This document shows, piece after piece, positions 9,713 through 21,222 of a stretch of DNA of 58,239 bases. This DNA comes from Paludibacteraceae bacterium (lineage in GTDB: Bacteria > Bacteroidota > Bacteroidia > Bacteroidales > Paludibacteraceae). The DNA is taken from the NCBI GenBank assembly GCA_024401515.1, contig JAKSKY010000001.1, positions 1-58,239 on the forward strand, given 5' to 3'. The notes beneath the pieces are model-generated. The model searched no databases. It saw only the letters and a program-made list of their open reading frames with translations, and was not told the DNA's origin. Position 1 is the stretch's first letter. Every line of letters starts with the position of its first letter. The translations under genes were made by a program, and so were the position numbers.

Positions 9713-10414
9713 CTAAGCTCTTATGGCGCAACAAAGAATGGAGAAGAGGACTATGGAGAGGACAACAACTATCTGGTAGATGTCACGTACCGCATATCCG
9801 CTTTCGGTCACACTTCCTTCGGGAAGCGTTGTTAGATGGACTGGATAACGTTTCAGCGCCATGCGCAATCCATAATAGGAAAGGGAGCCCAAGAAAAGTC
9901 CCAATACCATGCCACAGCAAATATCCAACGGGAAGTGGACCCCTAGATAGATGCGGGAATAAGAGCATAACAATGCCCAAATAGCCGCCACAACCGTATA
10001 GAGACGATTTTTCAGTATCAAAGAGGATAAAATCATGAAACCGAATGAGTTAGCTGCGTGCGAAGAAGGGAATCCGAATTGTCCGCCCCTGTATTCGTGC
10101 ACATATGACAACAAATCCATGACAAAAGGGTCCCGACTTGGGCGCAATCTCGCTATGCTAGGTTTTAAAAGCGACGAAGAGATCTGGTCGCAAAGCGCAA
10201 ACATGACAATAACAGATAATAACACATAAAACACCTCCTTTTTTTTGTTTTTAGCGACCACATAAAAGAAGGTGGCCAAGACAGGCATCCAAACCAAGAT
10301 GTCGGAAACCATCCATAAGAAGGTGTCTAAAAAAACGGAATGGTTACTCCCCATATTGAGAGCAACCATCGCATTCCTATCCCACTCTATGATCGAATCT
10401 ATCATGGGTATCAA
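9713..10414 (-). CDS. PAP2-family phosphatase (membrane)
   Basis: All three acid-phosphatase motifs are present: KPSIARLRPS, PSSHA and SRIYLGVHFPLD. Multiple TM helices. Confidence 0.85.
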   Translation of the reverse strand: MIPMIDSIIEWDRNAMVALNMGSNHSVFLDTFLWMVSDILVWMPVLATFFYVVAKNKKKEVFYVLLSVIVMFALCDQISSSLLKPSIARLRPSRDPFVMDLLSYVHEYRGGQFGFPSSHAANSFGFMILSSLILKNRLYTVVAAIWALLCSYSRIYLGVHFPLDICCGMVLGLFLGSLSYYGLRMALKRYPVHLTTLPEGSVTESGYAVRDIYQIVVVLSIVLFSILCCAIRA

Positions 10415-11241
10415 TAAGCGTCTTCCGCCTTCATGACAAGACGTAGACCAACATACTTCAACTTAGAGGTTGGCAAACTCTTCGCACGGAAAGAGTTTCT
10501 GCAATAAAAGGCAGGGTCATCGAAACTACCACCTCTCGCCACTCTTTCGCTACTTGCCAAAGCAGTTGCGGGTCCAGCGGGATCCACTTGCAACGTAGTA
10601 TCATAATCAGCGTAAACATCCACACACCATTCACGGACGTTACCGCTCATATCATAAAGGCCCAACTCATTAGGTCTTCTCTTTCCTGTCTCTGTGGTCT
10701 CCTTTTTGTTATCGTCGCTACACCAACCGACAACCTTCATCGCGTCGCCACCGGAATATTTGTAGGATTGTGATTTCTTACCACCCTTGGCGGCAAACTC
10801 CCACTGAGCCTCTGTCGGCATCGCGAAATGTTTTTGGGTCATCTCATTCAACTTGGCGATGAACCTTTGGCAATCATTCCATGAAACGTTTTCCACCGGA
10901 TACTTGTCGCTGGTTCCCGCGCCTTTGTAATTATCGGAAGGAATGGTATTTAGCACCTTCTTCCACAAGGCTTGAGTCACCTCAAGTTCTCCGATGTAAT
11001 AATCGGACAGAATCACTTTGTGAACAGGGATTTCATCTCCCCAAAAGTCACGATCTATTGCTGTATCCGCTCCCATCGTGAAGGTATCACCCTCCACAAA
11101 AATCATATTGAACTTGACACCCGCCACATCGAATGTCTTCTTTTCTTTGCTGGAGGTATTAGATTCTGGCTCATCCTCATGATTACAAGAAAGGACCATA
11201 CAGCAAATCAATGATAATATGCATGCCAATCTAATTTTCAT
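10411..11241 (-). CDS. Formylglycine-generating-enzyme (SUMF1) family lipoprotein
   Basis: Motifs VSWNDCQRFIAKLN, GLYDMSGNVREW and RGGSF. I prefer the start at MKIRLACILSLICCMVLSC (lipoprotein signal), which removes the overlap with nfo. Confidence 0.8.
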   Translation of the reverse strand: MKIRLACILSLICCMVLSCNHEDEPESNTSSKEKKTFDVAGVKFNMIFVEGDTFTMGADTAIDRDFWGDEIPVHKVILSDYYIGELEVTQALWKKVLNTIPSDNYKGAGTSDKYPVENVSWNDCQRFIAKLNEMTQKHFAMPTEAQWEFAAKGGKKSQSYKYSGGDAMKVVGWCSDDNKKETTETGKRRPNELGLYDMSGNVREWCVDVYADYDTTLQVDPAGPATALASSERVARGGSFDDPAFYCRNSFRAKSLPTSKLKYVGLRLVMKAEDAY

Positions 11242-11279
11242 AACCCTATAACTCCTATAATTAAAACAACTGTTTCTTT

Positions 11280-12122
11280 TTATTTGCAATAAGAATATAG
11301 TGCGCTTATCTCTTCCGCCCATTTGCTTTCGTCTGGCGTCTCCAATATCATTGGGATACCATCCAATCGCTCATCTTTCATAAGCGCTCTAAATGCGTTT
11401 TCTCCAATTTCCCCTAATCCAATGCTTTCATGTCTGTCGACATGTGAACCAACTCCCTTCTTTGAATCGTTCAAATGCATCGCCCTCAAATAAGAGAGCC
11501 CGACTATTTCGTCGAAACGGGAGAGCGTATTGGCAACACCCTCTTCGCCTCGCATATCATAACCAGCAGCCATCGCGTGACAAGTGTCGATGCAGACTCC
11601 TACTCTGCTTTTATCCTCCACCCTGTCAATGATATAAGCAAGTTCCTCGAATGTGTTGCCGACATTGCTGCCCTGACCAGCCGTATTCTCTATCACCGCA
11701 CAAACACCTTGTGTCTTATTCAATGTGATATTGATCGATTCGGCGATTCTGGCGAGACATTCCTCCGTTGAAATCTCCTTCAGAGAACTGCCTGGATGGA
11801 AATTAAGCATCGTTAATCCCAACTGCTCGCAACGTCGCATTTCATCCAAAAACGAAGCTCTCGATTTCTCGATGCCCTCCTCTGATGGATGACCCAAATT
11901 GATTAGATAACTGTCATGAGGCAATATTTGGTCACTTGTGAATCCCATCTCGGCGCAATTCTTCTTAAATGCGGCGATACTCGCCTCACTCAAAGGCACC
12001 GAAACCCATTGTCTTTGGTTCTTCGTGAAAAGCGCAAACGCCTTAGCGCCTATCGCCAAAGCATTCTTTGGCGCATTTTCAACACCACCGGAAGAACTCA
12101 CATGTGCTCCTATATGTTTCAT
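11280..12122 (-). CDS. nfo: Deoxyribonuclease IV (endonuclease IV)
   Basis: Full-length similarity to Nfo ([13 protein letters not shown] ... HLNDSK ... ETP). The start at 12122 fits the -7 promoter box at 12154..12161. Confidence 0.9.
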   Translation of the reverse strand: MKHIGAHVSSSGGVENAPKNALAIGAKAFALFTKNQRQWVSVPLSEASIAAFKKNCAEMGFTSDQILPHDSYLINLGHPSEEGIEKSRASFLDEMRRCEQLGLTMLNFHPGSSLKEISTEECLARIAESINITLNKTQGVCAVIENTAGQGSNVGNTFEELAYIIDRVEDKSRVGVCIDTCHAMAAGYDMRGEEGVANTLSRFDEIVGLSYLRAMHLNDSKKGVGSHVDRHESIGLGEIGENAFRALMKDERLDGIPMILETPDESKWAEEISALYSYCK

Positions 12123-12153
12123 AATCATCCCTATCTTATCAATCACTTAAGGG

Positions 12154-12161
12154 CAAAAATA
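12154..12161 (-). promoter_or_regulatory. Bacteroidota -7 promoter element (TATTTTTG) for nfo
   Basis: Matches the TAnnTTTG consensus on the minus strand, about 32 nt upstream of the ATG at 12122. Confidence 0.4.
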
Positions 12162-12256
12162 TGTTTTTTTTTCTAAAAAGTATATTTTTTTCAAAAAAAT
12201 TTCGCGCCGTTTTTTCCTAACACACTGATTATAAGCGAATACTTTAATCAAGAAAA

Positions 12257-13288
12257 TTAATGCAAAATTTTAAATATCAACTCCTTCAGCAGTTCTCCGT
12301 CATTAGCTGAAATATTACCCACGCCCTTCGCCATCGCATCGTATGTACGCAACAAAGAAATGATTTCCATGGTCTTTTTCGGTTTGAAATTCATAGCAGC
12401 CGAAGCATATTGCTTCACAAAAAATGGATTGATCTTCAATTCCGCAGCCACATCTTTATCATTCTTATAATTGGTACCTGGAATATTCGGCATGTAATGG
12501 TAAACCATCAAATTGGAAAAAGAGGAAAAGATGGTGGTGATGGTTGGGATAATGCTAAAGCTTTTGGACTTAGCCATCTGCAAAGAGATGAGGTTGCACC
12601 TTTGCACATTTCTGGCAAATAACGCGTTCACCAATTCGAAAGCGTTGAAATCCTTGCTAATACCAATATTACGTTCCACCAAATCACAAGAGATCGATTT
12701 GCAATCGGCAGGCTTAGAAACCAATAATTTGTCTATTTCATTGGCTACCTTCTGCAAATCATTGCCTAGGTGCTCAGCGATCATCAGCTTAGCCTTGGGT
12801 TCAACACTCATTCCCCTCTCCTTCAAATAGCTCTCGACGAAATCAGGAACTTGGTTGTCATACAATTTTTCAAAGGTAAACAAAGCCTTCTCCTTCTCAA
12901 GATCCTTGGTGATCTTCTTTCTCGCATCCAACTTCTTCCCTTTGAAGCAGAAAACAATGATGGATGAGGGCATTGGTTTTTGCAAGTAGAGGCTTAAATC
13001 ATCCACGGAAGGCATCTTTTGCGCCTCCTTCACCACCACAAGACGGTTGGGGGCACCCATAGGGAAAGACCTTGCCAAATCAATCACCTTACGCACATCC
13101 ACATCTTGGCCATAGACCACGTTTTGATTGAAATCGCGCTGTTCCTCCTCCAATACATGCTCAATCATGTAATTGGAAATCAAATCAATATAATATGGCT
13201 CCTCCCCTTGTAGGAAATACACGGGCTTGAACTTCTTTTCGGAAATCTCGGAAAGAATAGTGCGATAATCGATTGCCACTTTTGCCAT
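12257..13288 (-). CDS. holA: DNA polymerase III delta subunit
   Basis: 343 aa. Typical HolA N-terminus (KPVYFLQGEEPYYID) and overall length. Confidence 0.8.
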   Translation of the reverse strand: MAKVAIDYRTILSEISEKKFKPVYFLQGEEPYYIDLISNYMIEHVLEEEQRDFNQNVVYGQDVDVRKVIDLARSFPMGAPNRLVVVKEAQKMPSVDDLSLYLQKPMPSSIIVFCFKGKKLDARKKITKDLEKEKALFTFEKLYDNQVPDFVESYLKERGMSVEPKAKLMIAEHLGNDLQKVANEIDKLLVSKPADCKSISCDLVERNIGISKDFNAFELVNALFARNVQRCNLISLQMAKSKSFSIIPTITTIFSSFSNLMVYHYMPNIPGTNYKNDKDVAAELKINPFFVKQYASAAMNFKPKKTMEIISLLRTYDAMAKGVGNISANDGELLKELIFKILH

Positions 13289-13296
13289 AATTGATT

Positions 13297-13304
13297 ATTT
13301 TTGC
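13297..13304 (+). promoter_or_regulatory. -7 promoter element (TATTTTTG)
   Basis: TAnnTTTG match 21 nt upstream of the 13325 start. Confidence 0.4.
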
Positions 13305-13324
13305 AATTGCAAAGATAAGTAAAA

Positions 13325-13795
13325 ATGTTTGAACTGAACTTACCCAAATATACATTCAAAACAAAAAGCGAAAAAGAGGGGCTAACCATCTTTGACCGCT
13401 GCCGTCAAAAATATGTAGCTTTAACACCTGAAGAATGGGTAAGGCAGAATATGGTCGAGTACCTTATCCAAGCCAAAGCGTTCCCTGCGGCCAGAATCGC
13501 CAACGAAGTGACCGTCAACATCAACGGCATGAAAAAGAGAAGCGATTCGGTCATCTACGACCGGGAGATGCGACCTCGTATCATTGTGGAATACAAAGCG
13601 CCTACCGTCAAAATAACCCAAAAGGTATTTGACCAAATCGCCACCTACAATTTCGAGCTGGACGTTGACCTCCTCATCGTCTCCAATGGATTGCAGCACT
13701 ACTGTTGCAAAATGGACAAAGAGAACCGTAAATATTTTTTTCTGAAAGAGATACCTAATTACAACCAATTGAATTGGGAATCAACTAACACATGA
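13325..13795 (+). CDS. HsdR-N-terminal-domain (PD-(D/E)xK-like) stand-alone protein
   Basis: 156 aa. Resembles the small type I restriction enzyme HsdR N-terminal domain proteins commonly found divergent from holA in Bacteroidota. Confidence 0.6.
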   Translation: MFELNLPKYTFKTKSEKEGLTIFDRCRQKYVALTPEEWVRQNMVEYLIQAKAFPAARIANEVTVNINGMKKRSDSVIYDREMRPRIIVEYKAPTVKITQKVFDQIATYNFELDVDLLIVSNGLQHYCCKMDKENRKYFFLKEIPNYNQLNWESTNT

Positions 13796-16137
13796 CAATC
13801 ATGCGACATCTAAAATCGCTCTTCCTATTCTCTCTTTTGCTTCTCCGCATATCCACCTGTTGGGCCACAGAGCACAAATTGTATGGAACCGTTGTCGAGA
13901 AAGAGAGTTGGAGCAAACTCCCTGAAGTATCCATTATCGTCAACCAAAGCGATGCGGCCATCACAGACAAGAATGGCAAATATAGTTTCATGTTGCCTGA
14001 CGGAGAATACACGGTCGAAGCGGAATTCATAGGCTATAAAACCATCACCAAGAAAGTCACCATCAACGGCAAGGATGTTAAACTGGACTTCCACATGGAG
14101 ACTGACTTCGAGGAGTTGGACGAAGTGATGGTCTCCAAATACAAAGAAGACGCCAATGTGACAAATGCCACCATCGGTGTTCAACGCATAGATGCGGAAG
14201 CCCTCAAAAAGATGCCGTCTCTCATGGGAGAGACGGATGTCATAAAGGTCATCCAAATGTTGCCCGGCGTACAAAGTGCGGCGGAGGGAGGTTCCGGTTT
14301 CAGTGTAAGAGGAGGTAAAACAGACCAAAACCTTATATTGTTAGATGACGCCTCCCTATACAACGCATCCCACATGATGGGTTTCTTCTCTATATTCAAC
14401 AATGATGTTGTCAGCGAAGCCACCCTGTTAAAGGGAGACATCCCCGCACAATATGGAGGACGTCTAGCATCCGTACTGAAGGTAGAGACCAAAGATGGCT
14501 TCCCTACCCGTTTCAACGGAGCCGGCGGCATCGGTTTGATTTCAAGCCACTTCATGCTGGACATTCCCATCCAACCCATCCGAACCAGCGTCATGGTAGC
14601 CGCCAGACGTTCGTACGCCGATCTATTCCTGCCACTCTCCAGCAACGAAGCATTAAAGGAGACTAAACTCTTCTTCTACGACATGAACGCAAAGATCTGC
14701 CATAAAATCAACGGGAAGAACAGATTATACTGGAGCGGTTACATGGGAACCGACAAGTTGGGTATGAACGGAAAGATGGACCTTCGATTTGGTAACACCA
14801 ACACAACCCTTCGTTGGAACCATATCCACAACAACAACACCAACTCCAACCTAACCGTTATCGGCACGCGCTATAACTACAACATCAACGTCTATCTTGC
14901 GCCCTATGACTGCGACATCGACGCATGGACCAAAGATTGGACTATGAAATATGATTGGAAACACAAAACTCAAAACAACAATACCATCACAGCTGGCGCA
15001 TCCACTGCCATACATAGGTTCAACCAGGGATCCTTAACCTCCAATCAGGAGGAGAACTATGGATTCAGCCTCTTTGACAATACCATTATGGAGACGAGAA
15101 AGGCCTTGGAACATGGTATTTATGGAGCTTATGAGGCTGAAATCACCCCTCGCTTCACCTTAAAAGCGGGACTTCGTTTATCCATGTTCCAAAACATTGG
15201 AGAGGAGACCTTCTATCTAATGGACGAACAACACAAATGCGTCGACACGATCCATTACGGAAAAGCGGAGATATTCCATACAGAGATCCATCCGGAGCCT
15301 AGGTTGGGTCTTCTTTACAAACTGAACGCATCCTCTTCCTTGAAAGGAGCCTACACCAGAACCATACAATATGCCCAAGTAGCCAGCAACTCCACAGGAG
15401 GTCTGCCGTTCGACATCTGGTTCCCGACAAGTCCCAACATCAAACCACAAAAATGCGACCAATGGTCTGTGGGTTATTTCAAGAATTTTGCGGAAAACAA
15501 GTTTGAAAGTTCCGTTGAGTTATTTTATAAAAACATGTACAACATCATCGATTTCAAAGACGAAGCCTCCATTTACGGTAACGAAAAGGTAGACGGGGAT
15601 GTTCGTACAGGAAAAGGAAAATCCTATGGATTGGAGGTCTTGTTCAGAAAGAATACAGGGAAATTGACAGGATGGCTCAGTTATACCTATTCCCATGCGG
15701 TACAAACGGTGGAAGAGATCAATTTCGGAGAACAATACCGCTCCCCTTTCGACCGTCCTCACAACATCACGGCCGTATTAAGCTATGATTTCCATAAGAG
15801 ATGGAACGCAACAGCCAGTTGGGTCTTTCTCAGCGGCCAACCCTGCACCAATCCATACGGCAAATATACGGTGGATAACGTATCCTACGCTATTTACACG
15901 GGCTATCGTAACAGGAGCAACTATCCTAACTACCATCGCCTAGATCTATCCCTTACCTTCAAAACCAAACCTAAGAAGCGTTGGGAAGGCGAATGGAACC
16001 TATCGGTCTATAACGCATACGCTAGGCACAACACATGGGCGGTCATCTTCTCTCAAGGAGAAAACCACTCCATTGAGACCACCAAGGTCTATCTATTCTC
16101 TTTTGTACCATCCATTTCCTATAATTTCAAATTCTAA
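13792..16137 (+). CDS. TonB-dependent receptor with carboxypeptidase-regulatory-like N-domain
   Basis: Signal peptide, CarbopepD_reg-like segment (YGTVVEK...DKNGKYSFMLPDGEYTVEAEFIGYK), plug region, and a C-terminal beta-barrel ending in F. Confidence 0.85.
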   Translation: MTIMRHLKSLFLFSLLLLRISTCWATEHKLYGTVVEKESWSKLPEVSIIVNQSDAAITDKNGKYSFMLPDGEYTVEAEFIGYKTITKKVTINGKDVKLDFHMETDFEELDEVMVSKYKEDANVTNATIGVQRIDAEALKKMPSLMGETDVIKVIQMLPGVQSAAEGGSGFSVRGGKTDQNLILLDDASLYNASHMMGFFSIFNNDVVSEATLLKGDIPAQYGGRLASVLKVETKDGFPTRFNGAGGIGLISSHFMLDIPIQPIRTSVMVAARRSYADLFLPLSSNEALKETKLFFYDMNAKICHKINGKNRLYWSGYMGTDKLGMNGKMDLRFGNTNTTLRWNHIHNNNTNSNLTVIGTRYNYNINVYLAPYDCDIDAWTKDWTMKYDWKHKTQNNNTITAGASTAIHRFNQGSLTSNQEENYGFSLFDNTIMETRKALEHGIYGAYEAEITPRFTLKAGLRLSMFQNIGEETFYLMDEQHKCVDTIHYGKAEIFHTEIHPEPRLGLLYKLNASSSLKGAYTRTIQYAQVASNSTGGLPFDIWFPTSPNIKPQKCDQWSVGYFKNFAENKFESSVELFYKNMYNIIDFKDEASIYGNEKVDGDVRTGKGKSYGLEVLFRKNTGKLTGWLSYTYSHAVQTVEEINFGEQYRSPFDRPHNITAVLSYDFHKRWNATASWVFLSGQPCTNPYGKYTVDNVSYAIYTGYRNRSNYPNYHRLDLSLTFKTKPKKRWEGEWNLSVYNAYARHNTWAVIFSQGENHSIETTKVYLFSFVPSISYNFKF

Positions 16138-17051
16138 TGAGAAAATTATTCTTCCACATATTATTGAGTTTGACAGCCCTAACAAATTTCGCTTGTCAAG
16201 AAGATATCATCCTAGACACGGAAGAGGGCGAGGCTAAAATAGGCATCTATGGCGGCATCACCACCGATCTGAAGCGCCATACCATCACGATCAGCCGCAC
16301 CTCTAGTTTCTACTCCCAAGAGGAGATCGATATGATATCCGACGCTGAGGTCCGCATCATCGACCAAACGGTTGACGACACGCTGTTCTTGAAAGAGACG
16401 GAGAGAGGCGTATACGCTACGGAGGAGGTGGCTGGTTCTATCGGCCATACCTATCGCCTAGAGGCTGATATTAAAGAGAATGGGCAGATCCTTCACTTCG
16501 CGGCCAAAAGCGCCATCGACTCCTTTCCGCCTAACATTGATTCCATACAAGTCCATACTTTCACTATGCTAGACATAGAGATGGAAGAGACCTACAAGAT
16601 TTGCCCCTTCTTCCAATCTAGTCAACGGAACATCTATTATCTTTTCGATCTGAAAATCAACAATTATTGTTATACAGACACATTAACGAAGAAGGCGAAA
16701 CTCCACTTGGGTTCACTCAGCGGATTGTATTACAACGGCAAAGAGATGGCCTTGATATACAAAGACCTCAACATCTATCCCAACGGACTATTCAACCTAG
16801 ACCAGACCATGGAAGAGGAGACTCTCCATGTCGGAGACACCATATCCATAGACATACACAATGTGCCTAGCGGTTATTACAAATACATAGGAGATATCAC
16901 AGGCAGTATCGGTAGCAACCCATTGATGGGCAGTCCAACCAATGTCAGAACCAACATTGTGGGCAAAGAAAAAGAGGCTGTCGGGTATTTCTACGCAGCC
17001 TCTTCCGTACATTTCAGACAAATCATCCAATCGCTTCCTCTAAAGGAATAG
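16137..17051 (+). CDS. DUF4249-family lipoprotein (partner of the TonB-dependent receptor)
   Basis: Start overlaps the receptor stop (TAATG). Lipoprotein-like signal ending in C. This gene pairing is typical. Confidence 0.6.
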   Translation: MRKLFFHILLSLTALTNFACQEDIILDTEEGEAKIGIYGGITTDLKRHTITISRTSSFYSQEEIDMISDAEVRIIDQTVDDTLFLKETERGVYATEEVAGSIGHTYRLEADIKENGQILHFAAKSAIDSFPPNIDSIQVHTFTMLDIEMEETYKICPFFQSSQRNIYYLFDLKINNYCYTDTLTKKAKLHLGSLSGLYYNGKEMALIYKDLNIYPNGLFNLDQTMEEETLHVGDTISIDIHNVPSGYYKYIGDITGSIGSNPLMGSPTNVRTNIVGKEKEAVGYFYAASSVHFRQIIQSLPLKE

Positions 17052-18573
17052 ATTGATGCTCCGCACGGAGCAAATCCGTCACCATCTTAACTGGTGAGAA
17101 GGTCTCTATCGGCACCTCCACGAAGATTGTGTTCCAATCAGACATGGCTCCGTTCCATAGGCCAGGAAGCTCCAACGCCTTGAGCGATTTGCCATTCTTG
17201 GATTTCATGGAGATAAAACCTGTATTAGGATCCACAAACTTTGTGAGGTCATATTTTTCATTCTTATAATTCTTCACGCCACATACCAAATCTACTGGAT
17301 TGAAGTGAGTAGCACCATTGAAAATTGCCATCTGCTCCTCATTGCTCTTATCGAACTGTGAACTCTCCAAGATTTGGGCTGAAACCGTTCCATTCGGATT
17401 TTGGCACAAATAAGGACCGCCACCAGGCTCGCCCTCATTTTTCACCATACCACACACACGCAATGGACGATTCAAGACCATCTTCAAGTAGGCGATCTTG
17501 TCCGCCTTGGTCTCCATCAAATTGAACTTATTGGTAATGCACAATTTCTTTTGGCAAAAATCGAGCATCTTCTGCAATAAATCATCAGAAATGGAGGTGC
17601 TATTCTCCAAAGCGCTTTGGTATTCGAATATTGTCTTTTGATATTTCACCAACAGACCGGCTAAAACCACCTTATTTTCGATGGTAGGCTGCTTAAAGAC
17701 ATCAGGTGATACATTGTCAATGTTTTTGATAAATACGATGTCCGCATCGATCGCATTCAAGTTCTCGATCAGTGCGCCATGACCACCAGGTCTAAATATC
17801 AACGAACCATCGCTGTTACGCATAGGTTCGTTATGCTCATCCACAGCCACTGTGTCGGTGGAAGGATTCTGCACAGAGAATGATACATTGAAAGAGGCTC
17901 CATAACGATATGAGAGACTCTCCTCTTTACTCTTCAATAAAGATTGGAAGAATGGCATATGCTCCGGAGAAACCGTAAAATGAAGATTTACCTCTCCCTT
18001 CTTGTTTTTCGCATACAACGCACCCTCGACGAAATGCTCCTCAAATGGAGTGCGCGCACCCTCTTCATAAGCATGGAAGAGAAGCAATCCTTTGGGAAGG
18101 AATCCATAATTCAATCCCTTTTTATCCAACAAATTCTTCACAACGTCCAAATATCTGCCTCTCTCACGCAACGTGACCGCATCCAACCCCTCGTTTCTTT
18201 TACACTTGGCATTCAACGCGTCTATGAAAGCAAAACGCTCTAGACATTCAAAGAACTTACGTTCCGTCTCATTTTCCAATTCGTTCTTTCCCCTCTCCAA
18301 GAATTCAAACAATGCCTTAAACATACGGCTGGCAGCACCAGACGCAGGCACAAACTTCACCACCTTCTTGTCGAGATTCAAGTATTCACGCCATAGATCT
18401 ATACATTCGCTTCGTTCAGAGTCATCCAAAACGGATACGGCATCAGACACTACTGCTGGGCGCTCAACCTTCATATAAGGAAAACCATTTCTGAATCGAG
18501 TCAATTGCTCCTCGAACTTTTCCTCAGAAATACCTTTATCTTGCAATATTTTCACATCTACATCCGTCATCAT
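17023..18573 (-). CDS. DUF4301-family protein
   Basis: 516 aa. N-terminus (ILQDKGISEEKFEEQLTRFRNGFPYMKVERPA ... KFVPASGAASRMF) matches my memory of DUF4301 proteins. Confidence 0.6.
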   Translation of the reverse strand: MMTDVDVKILQDKGISEEKFEEQLTRFRNGFPYMKVERPAVVSDAVSVLDDSERSECIDLWREYLNLDKKVVKFVPASGAASRMFKALFEFLERGKNELENETERKFFECLERFAFIDALNAKCKRNEGLDAVTLRERGRYLDVVKNLLDKKGLNYGFLPKGLLLFHAYEEGARTPFEEHFVEGALYAKNKKGEVNLHFTVSPEHMPFFQSLLKSKEESLSYRYGASFNVSFSVQNPSTDTVAVDEHNEPMRNSDGSLIFRPGGHGALIENLNAIDADIVFIKNIDNVSPDVFKQPTIENKVVLAGLLVKYQKTIFEYQSALENSTSISDDLLQKMLDFCQKKLCITNKFNLMETKADKIAYLKMVLNRPLRVCGMVKNEGEPGGGPYLCQNPNGTVSAQILESSQFDKSNEEQMAIFNGATHFNPVDLVCGVKNYKNEKYDLTKFVDPNTGFISMKSKNGKSLKALELPGLWNGAMSDWNTIFVEVPIETFSPVKMVTDLLRAEHQSIPLEEAIG

Positions 18574-18638
18574 CTTCGCTCATTTAAATTTCTGCTAATA
18601 TACCAAATCCATTTGTATTTGTCAAATGTTTTTTGTGT

Positions 18639-18646
18639 TATTTTTG
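18639..18646 (+). promoter_or_regulatory. -7 promoter element (TATTTTTG)
   Basis: TAnnTTTG match 28 nt upstream of the 18674 start. Confidence 0.4.
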
Positions 18647-18673
18647 CAGAACCAATAAAAAAAAGCAGAAATC

Positions 18674-19603
18674 ATGCAGGGTGAAAAAAGATATTCCGAT
18701 TACTCGACCTATCTGAATCATATATTTCCGCAAAAGATGCAGAAAATATCCGTAAACGGAGGTTTCTCTTGCCCCAATCGGGACGGAAAGATATCCACAG
18801 GAGGTTGCACATTCTGCAACAACCACACCTTCCATCCCGATTATTGCCAACCGGACAAAAGCATCACCCAACAGTTAGAAGAGGGAATCGCCTTCTTTAG
18901 CAGGAAATACAAGAGTATGCGTTACCTCGCCTACTTCCAATCCTACACCAACACCTACGGCGAAACAGATAAAATCATCGCTAAATATGAGGAGGCACTC
19001 GCCCATCCTTCCGTGGACGGACTCATCATAGGCACCAGACCGGACTGCATGGCGGATGATCTATTGGCCTATCTTTCGCAAAAAGCGCGACAGAAATACA
19101 TCATGGTGGAATATGGGGTGGAATCCACCTGTGACGAGACCCTACGTCTTATCAACAGAGGTCATACATTCGCCACCGCGCAAGCGACCATCCGCAAAAG
19201 CGCGGAGGCACAAATACACACGAGCGCCCATTTGATATTGGGCCTACCCCAAGAGGATCGATCCACCATGCTATCCCACGCAAAAGCGCTAGGAGAACTT
19301 CCTTTAGAAACGATCAAACTCCACCAACTACAAATAATCAAAGGGACCGCAATGGAGAAGCAAATCATTGAACATCCCGAATGGTTCCATCTTTTCGATG
19401 CGGAGGAATACATTGAACTCATCATCGATTTTCTCGAACTACTACCTCGGGAGATAATCGTAGAAAGATTCGTCTCCTCCTCCCCCAAAGAGTTATTAAT
19501 CGCCCCAGATTGGGGGCTTAAAAACTATGAATTCACCGCCAAATTGGAGAAGCGGTTGAAGGAACGGGACAGCTGGCAGGGAAAACTTTTCGAAAAGAAA
19601 TGA
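18674..19603 (+). CDS. TIGR01212-family radical SAM protein
   Basis: [25 protein letters not shown] cysteine motif. Length is typical for the family. Confidence 0.8.
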   Translation: MQGEKRYSDYSTYLNHIFPQKMQKISVNGGFSCPNRDGKISTGGCTFCNNHTFHPDYCQPDKSITQQLEEGIAFFSRKYKSMRYLAYFQSYTNTYGETDKIIAKYEEALAHPSVDGLIIGTRPDCMADDLLAYLSQKARQKYIMVEYGVESTCDETLRLINRGHTFATAQATIRKSAEAQIHTSAHLILGLPQEDRSTMLSHAKALGELPLETIKLHQLQIIKGTAMEKQIIEHPEWFHLFDAEEYIELIIDFLELLPREIIVERFVSSSPKELLIAPDWGLKNYEFTAKLEKRLKERDSWQGKLFEKK

Positions 19604-19645
19604 CGAATTTTCAAAAATGAGCGAAGAATATTCGCGGAAAAAATG

Positions 19646-19653
19646 TAAATTTG
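19646..19653 (+). promoter_or_regulatory. -7 promoter element (TAAATTTG) for guaB
   Basis: TAnnTTTG match lying inside the track ORF's N-terminal extension. This argues for the downstream start at 19701. Confidence 0.45.
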
Positions 19654-19700
19654 CAAAATTTTTCACAGGTAGAAGAAAAGTAACAATAAGATATCGTAGT

Positions 19701-21194
19701 ATGGCCAAGATTCTAAATGACGTGTCAAGAACATTCGGAGAATACCTTCTTATTCCCGGATTGACGACAAAAGAGTGTATCCCGAGCAACGTGTCGCTCA
19801 AAACACCGCTTGTAAAATACAAGAAGGGTGAAAAATCAGCTATCAACCTAAACATTCCGTTCGTTTCCGCTATTATGCAAGCGGTTTCCGATTCAGGACT
19901 TGCGATTGAGTTGGCAAGAAATGGAGGTCTATCCTTCATCTTCGGTTCTCAACCTATCGAGTCTCAAGCGGAGATGGTTAGAAAAGTGAAAAACTTCAAG
20001 GCAGGTTTCGTCATCAGCGACACCAACGTAAAGCCTGACACCACATTGGCTGAGGCGATCAGATTGATCGGTCAAACTGGCCACTCCACCATCGGTGTAA
20101 CATCAGACGGAACTCCTAACGGTAAGTTGGAAGGTTTGTTGACAAGCCGTGACTACCGCGCGGACAAGGAGGATCTTTCCGCTCCTGTATGCAAATTCAT
20201 GACTCCATTCGAGAAGTTAACTGTCGGAAAGTTGGGCATGACCCTTTCCGAGGCTAACCAAATCATTTGGGAGCACAAATTGAACACTTTGCCTATCGTT
20301 GACGACAAGGGCAATTTGAAATACTTCGTATTCAGAAAAGATTACAACAGTCATCACGAGAATCCAAACGAGTTGTCTGACTCAGACAAGAAGTTGTTGG
20401 TGGGTGCCGGTATCAACTCCCGAGACTATGAGCAACGCGTTCCTGCCTTGGTAGAGGCTGGTGTTGATGTACTTTGCATCGACTCTTCAGACGGTTTCTC
20501 AGAGTGGCAAAAAGATACCTTGGCATGGATCAAGGCAAAATATGGCGACAAGGTGAAGTGTGGTGCTGGAAACGTAGTTGACGCTGACGGTTTCAACTAC
20601 CTCGTAGAGGCTGGCGCTGATTTCATCAAGGTAGGTATCGGTGGTGGTTCCATCTGTATCACCCGTGAGCAAAAAGGTATCGGTAGAGGTCAAGCTACTG
20701 CCCTATTGGATGTAGCAAAGGCTAGAGACGAATATTTCCAAAAGACTGGTATCTATGTGCCAATCTGTAGTGATGGTGGTCTAGTTCAAGATTATCACAT
20801 GGTTTTGGCGTTGGCAATGGGTGCTGATTTCTTGATGATGGGTCGTTATTTCGCTCGTTTCGACGAGTCTCCAACTAAGAAGCTCACCATCGGCAACAGA
20901 ATCGTGAAAGAGTACTGGGGCGAGGGTTCTAACAGAGCAAAGAACTGGCAACGTTACGACATGGGCGGAAACGCGGCGCTTAAATTCGAAGAGGGCGTTG
21001 ATAGCTACGTTCCATACGCAGGTAAGTTGAAGGATAACTTGAACCAAACATTGGGCAAGATGATCTCCACCATGTGCAGCTGCGGTTCAACCACTATTCC
21101 AGAGTTGCAACAAAAGGCAAAGATCACCATCGTATCTTCCACTTCCATCATCGAGGGTGGTGCGCACGATGTCATCTTGAAGGAGCAAGGATAA
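19701..21194 (+). CDS. guaB: IMP dehydrogenase
   Basis: Begins [24 protein letters not shown] pair region present. Catalytic loop [13 protein letters not shown]. Confidence 0.9.
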   Translation: MAKILNDVSRTFGEYLLIPGLTTKECIPSNVSLKTPLVKYKKGEKSAINLNIPFVSAIMQAVSDSGLAIELARNGGLSFIFGSQPIESQAEMVRKVKNFKAGFVISDTNVKPDTTLAEAIRLIGQTGHSTIGVTSDGTPNGKLEGLLTSRDYRADKEDLSAPVCKFMTPFEKLTVGKLGMTLSEANQIIWEHKLNTLPIVDDKGNLKYFVFRKDYNSHHENPNELSDSDKKLLVGAGINSRDYEQRVPALVEAGVDVLCIDSSDGFSEWQKDTLAWIKAKYGDKVKCGAGNVVDADGFNYLVEAGADFIKVGIGGGSICITREQKGIGRGQATALLDVAKARDEYFQKTGIYVPICSDGGLVQDYHMVLALAMGADFLMMGRYFARFDESPTKKLTIGNRIVKEYWGEGSNRAKNWQRYDMGGNAALKFEEGVDSYVPYAGKLKDNLNQTLGKMISTMCSCGSTTIPELQQKAKITIVSSTSIIEGGAHDVILKEQG

Positions 21195-21222
21195 TTTCAA
21201 GACTCCTATATACAACAAAAAA

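Noticed and set aside
17023-17051. 29-nt convergent overlap of the DUF4249 and DUF4301 genes, and the 51-nt overlap at 48008..48058, as possible antisense regulation.
   Set aside because: Short convergent 3' overlaps are common in compact genomes. There is no extra structure or motif in either overlap to support a regulatory claim.
19617-19700. 28-codon N-terminal extension of guaB. Similar extensions occur on rsmG (45316), the ABC ATPase (47174), the FGE-family gene (11322), nfo (12146) and oadG (6955).
   Set aside because: The conserved protein N-termini begin at internal Met codons. For guaB, rsmG and nfo, a TAnnTTTG -7 element lies inside or right at the extension. The 47174 and 11322 extensions would overlap the preceding genes by more than 100 nt and 43 nt respectively.
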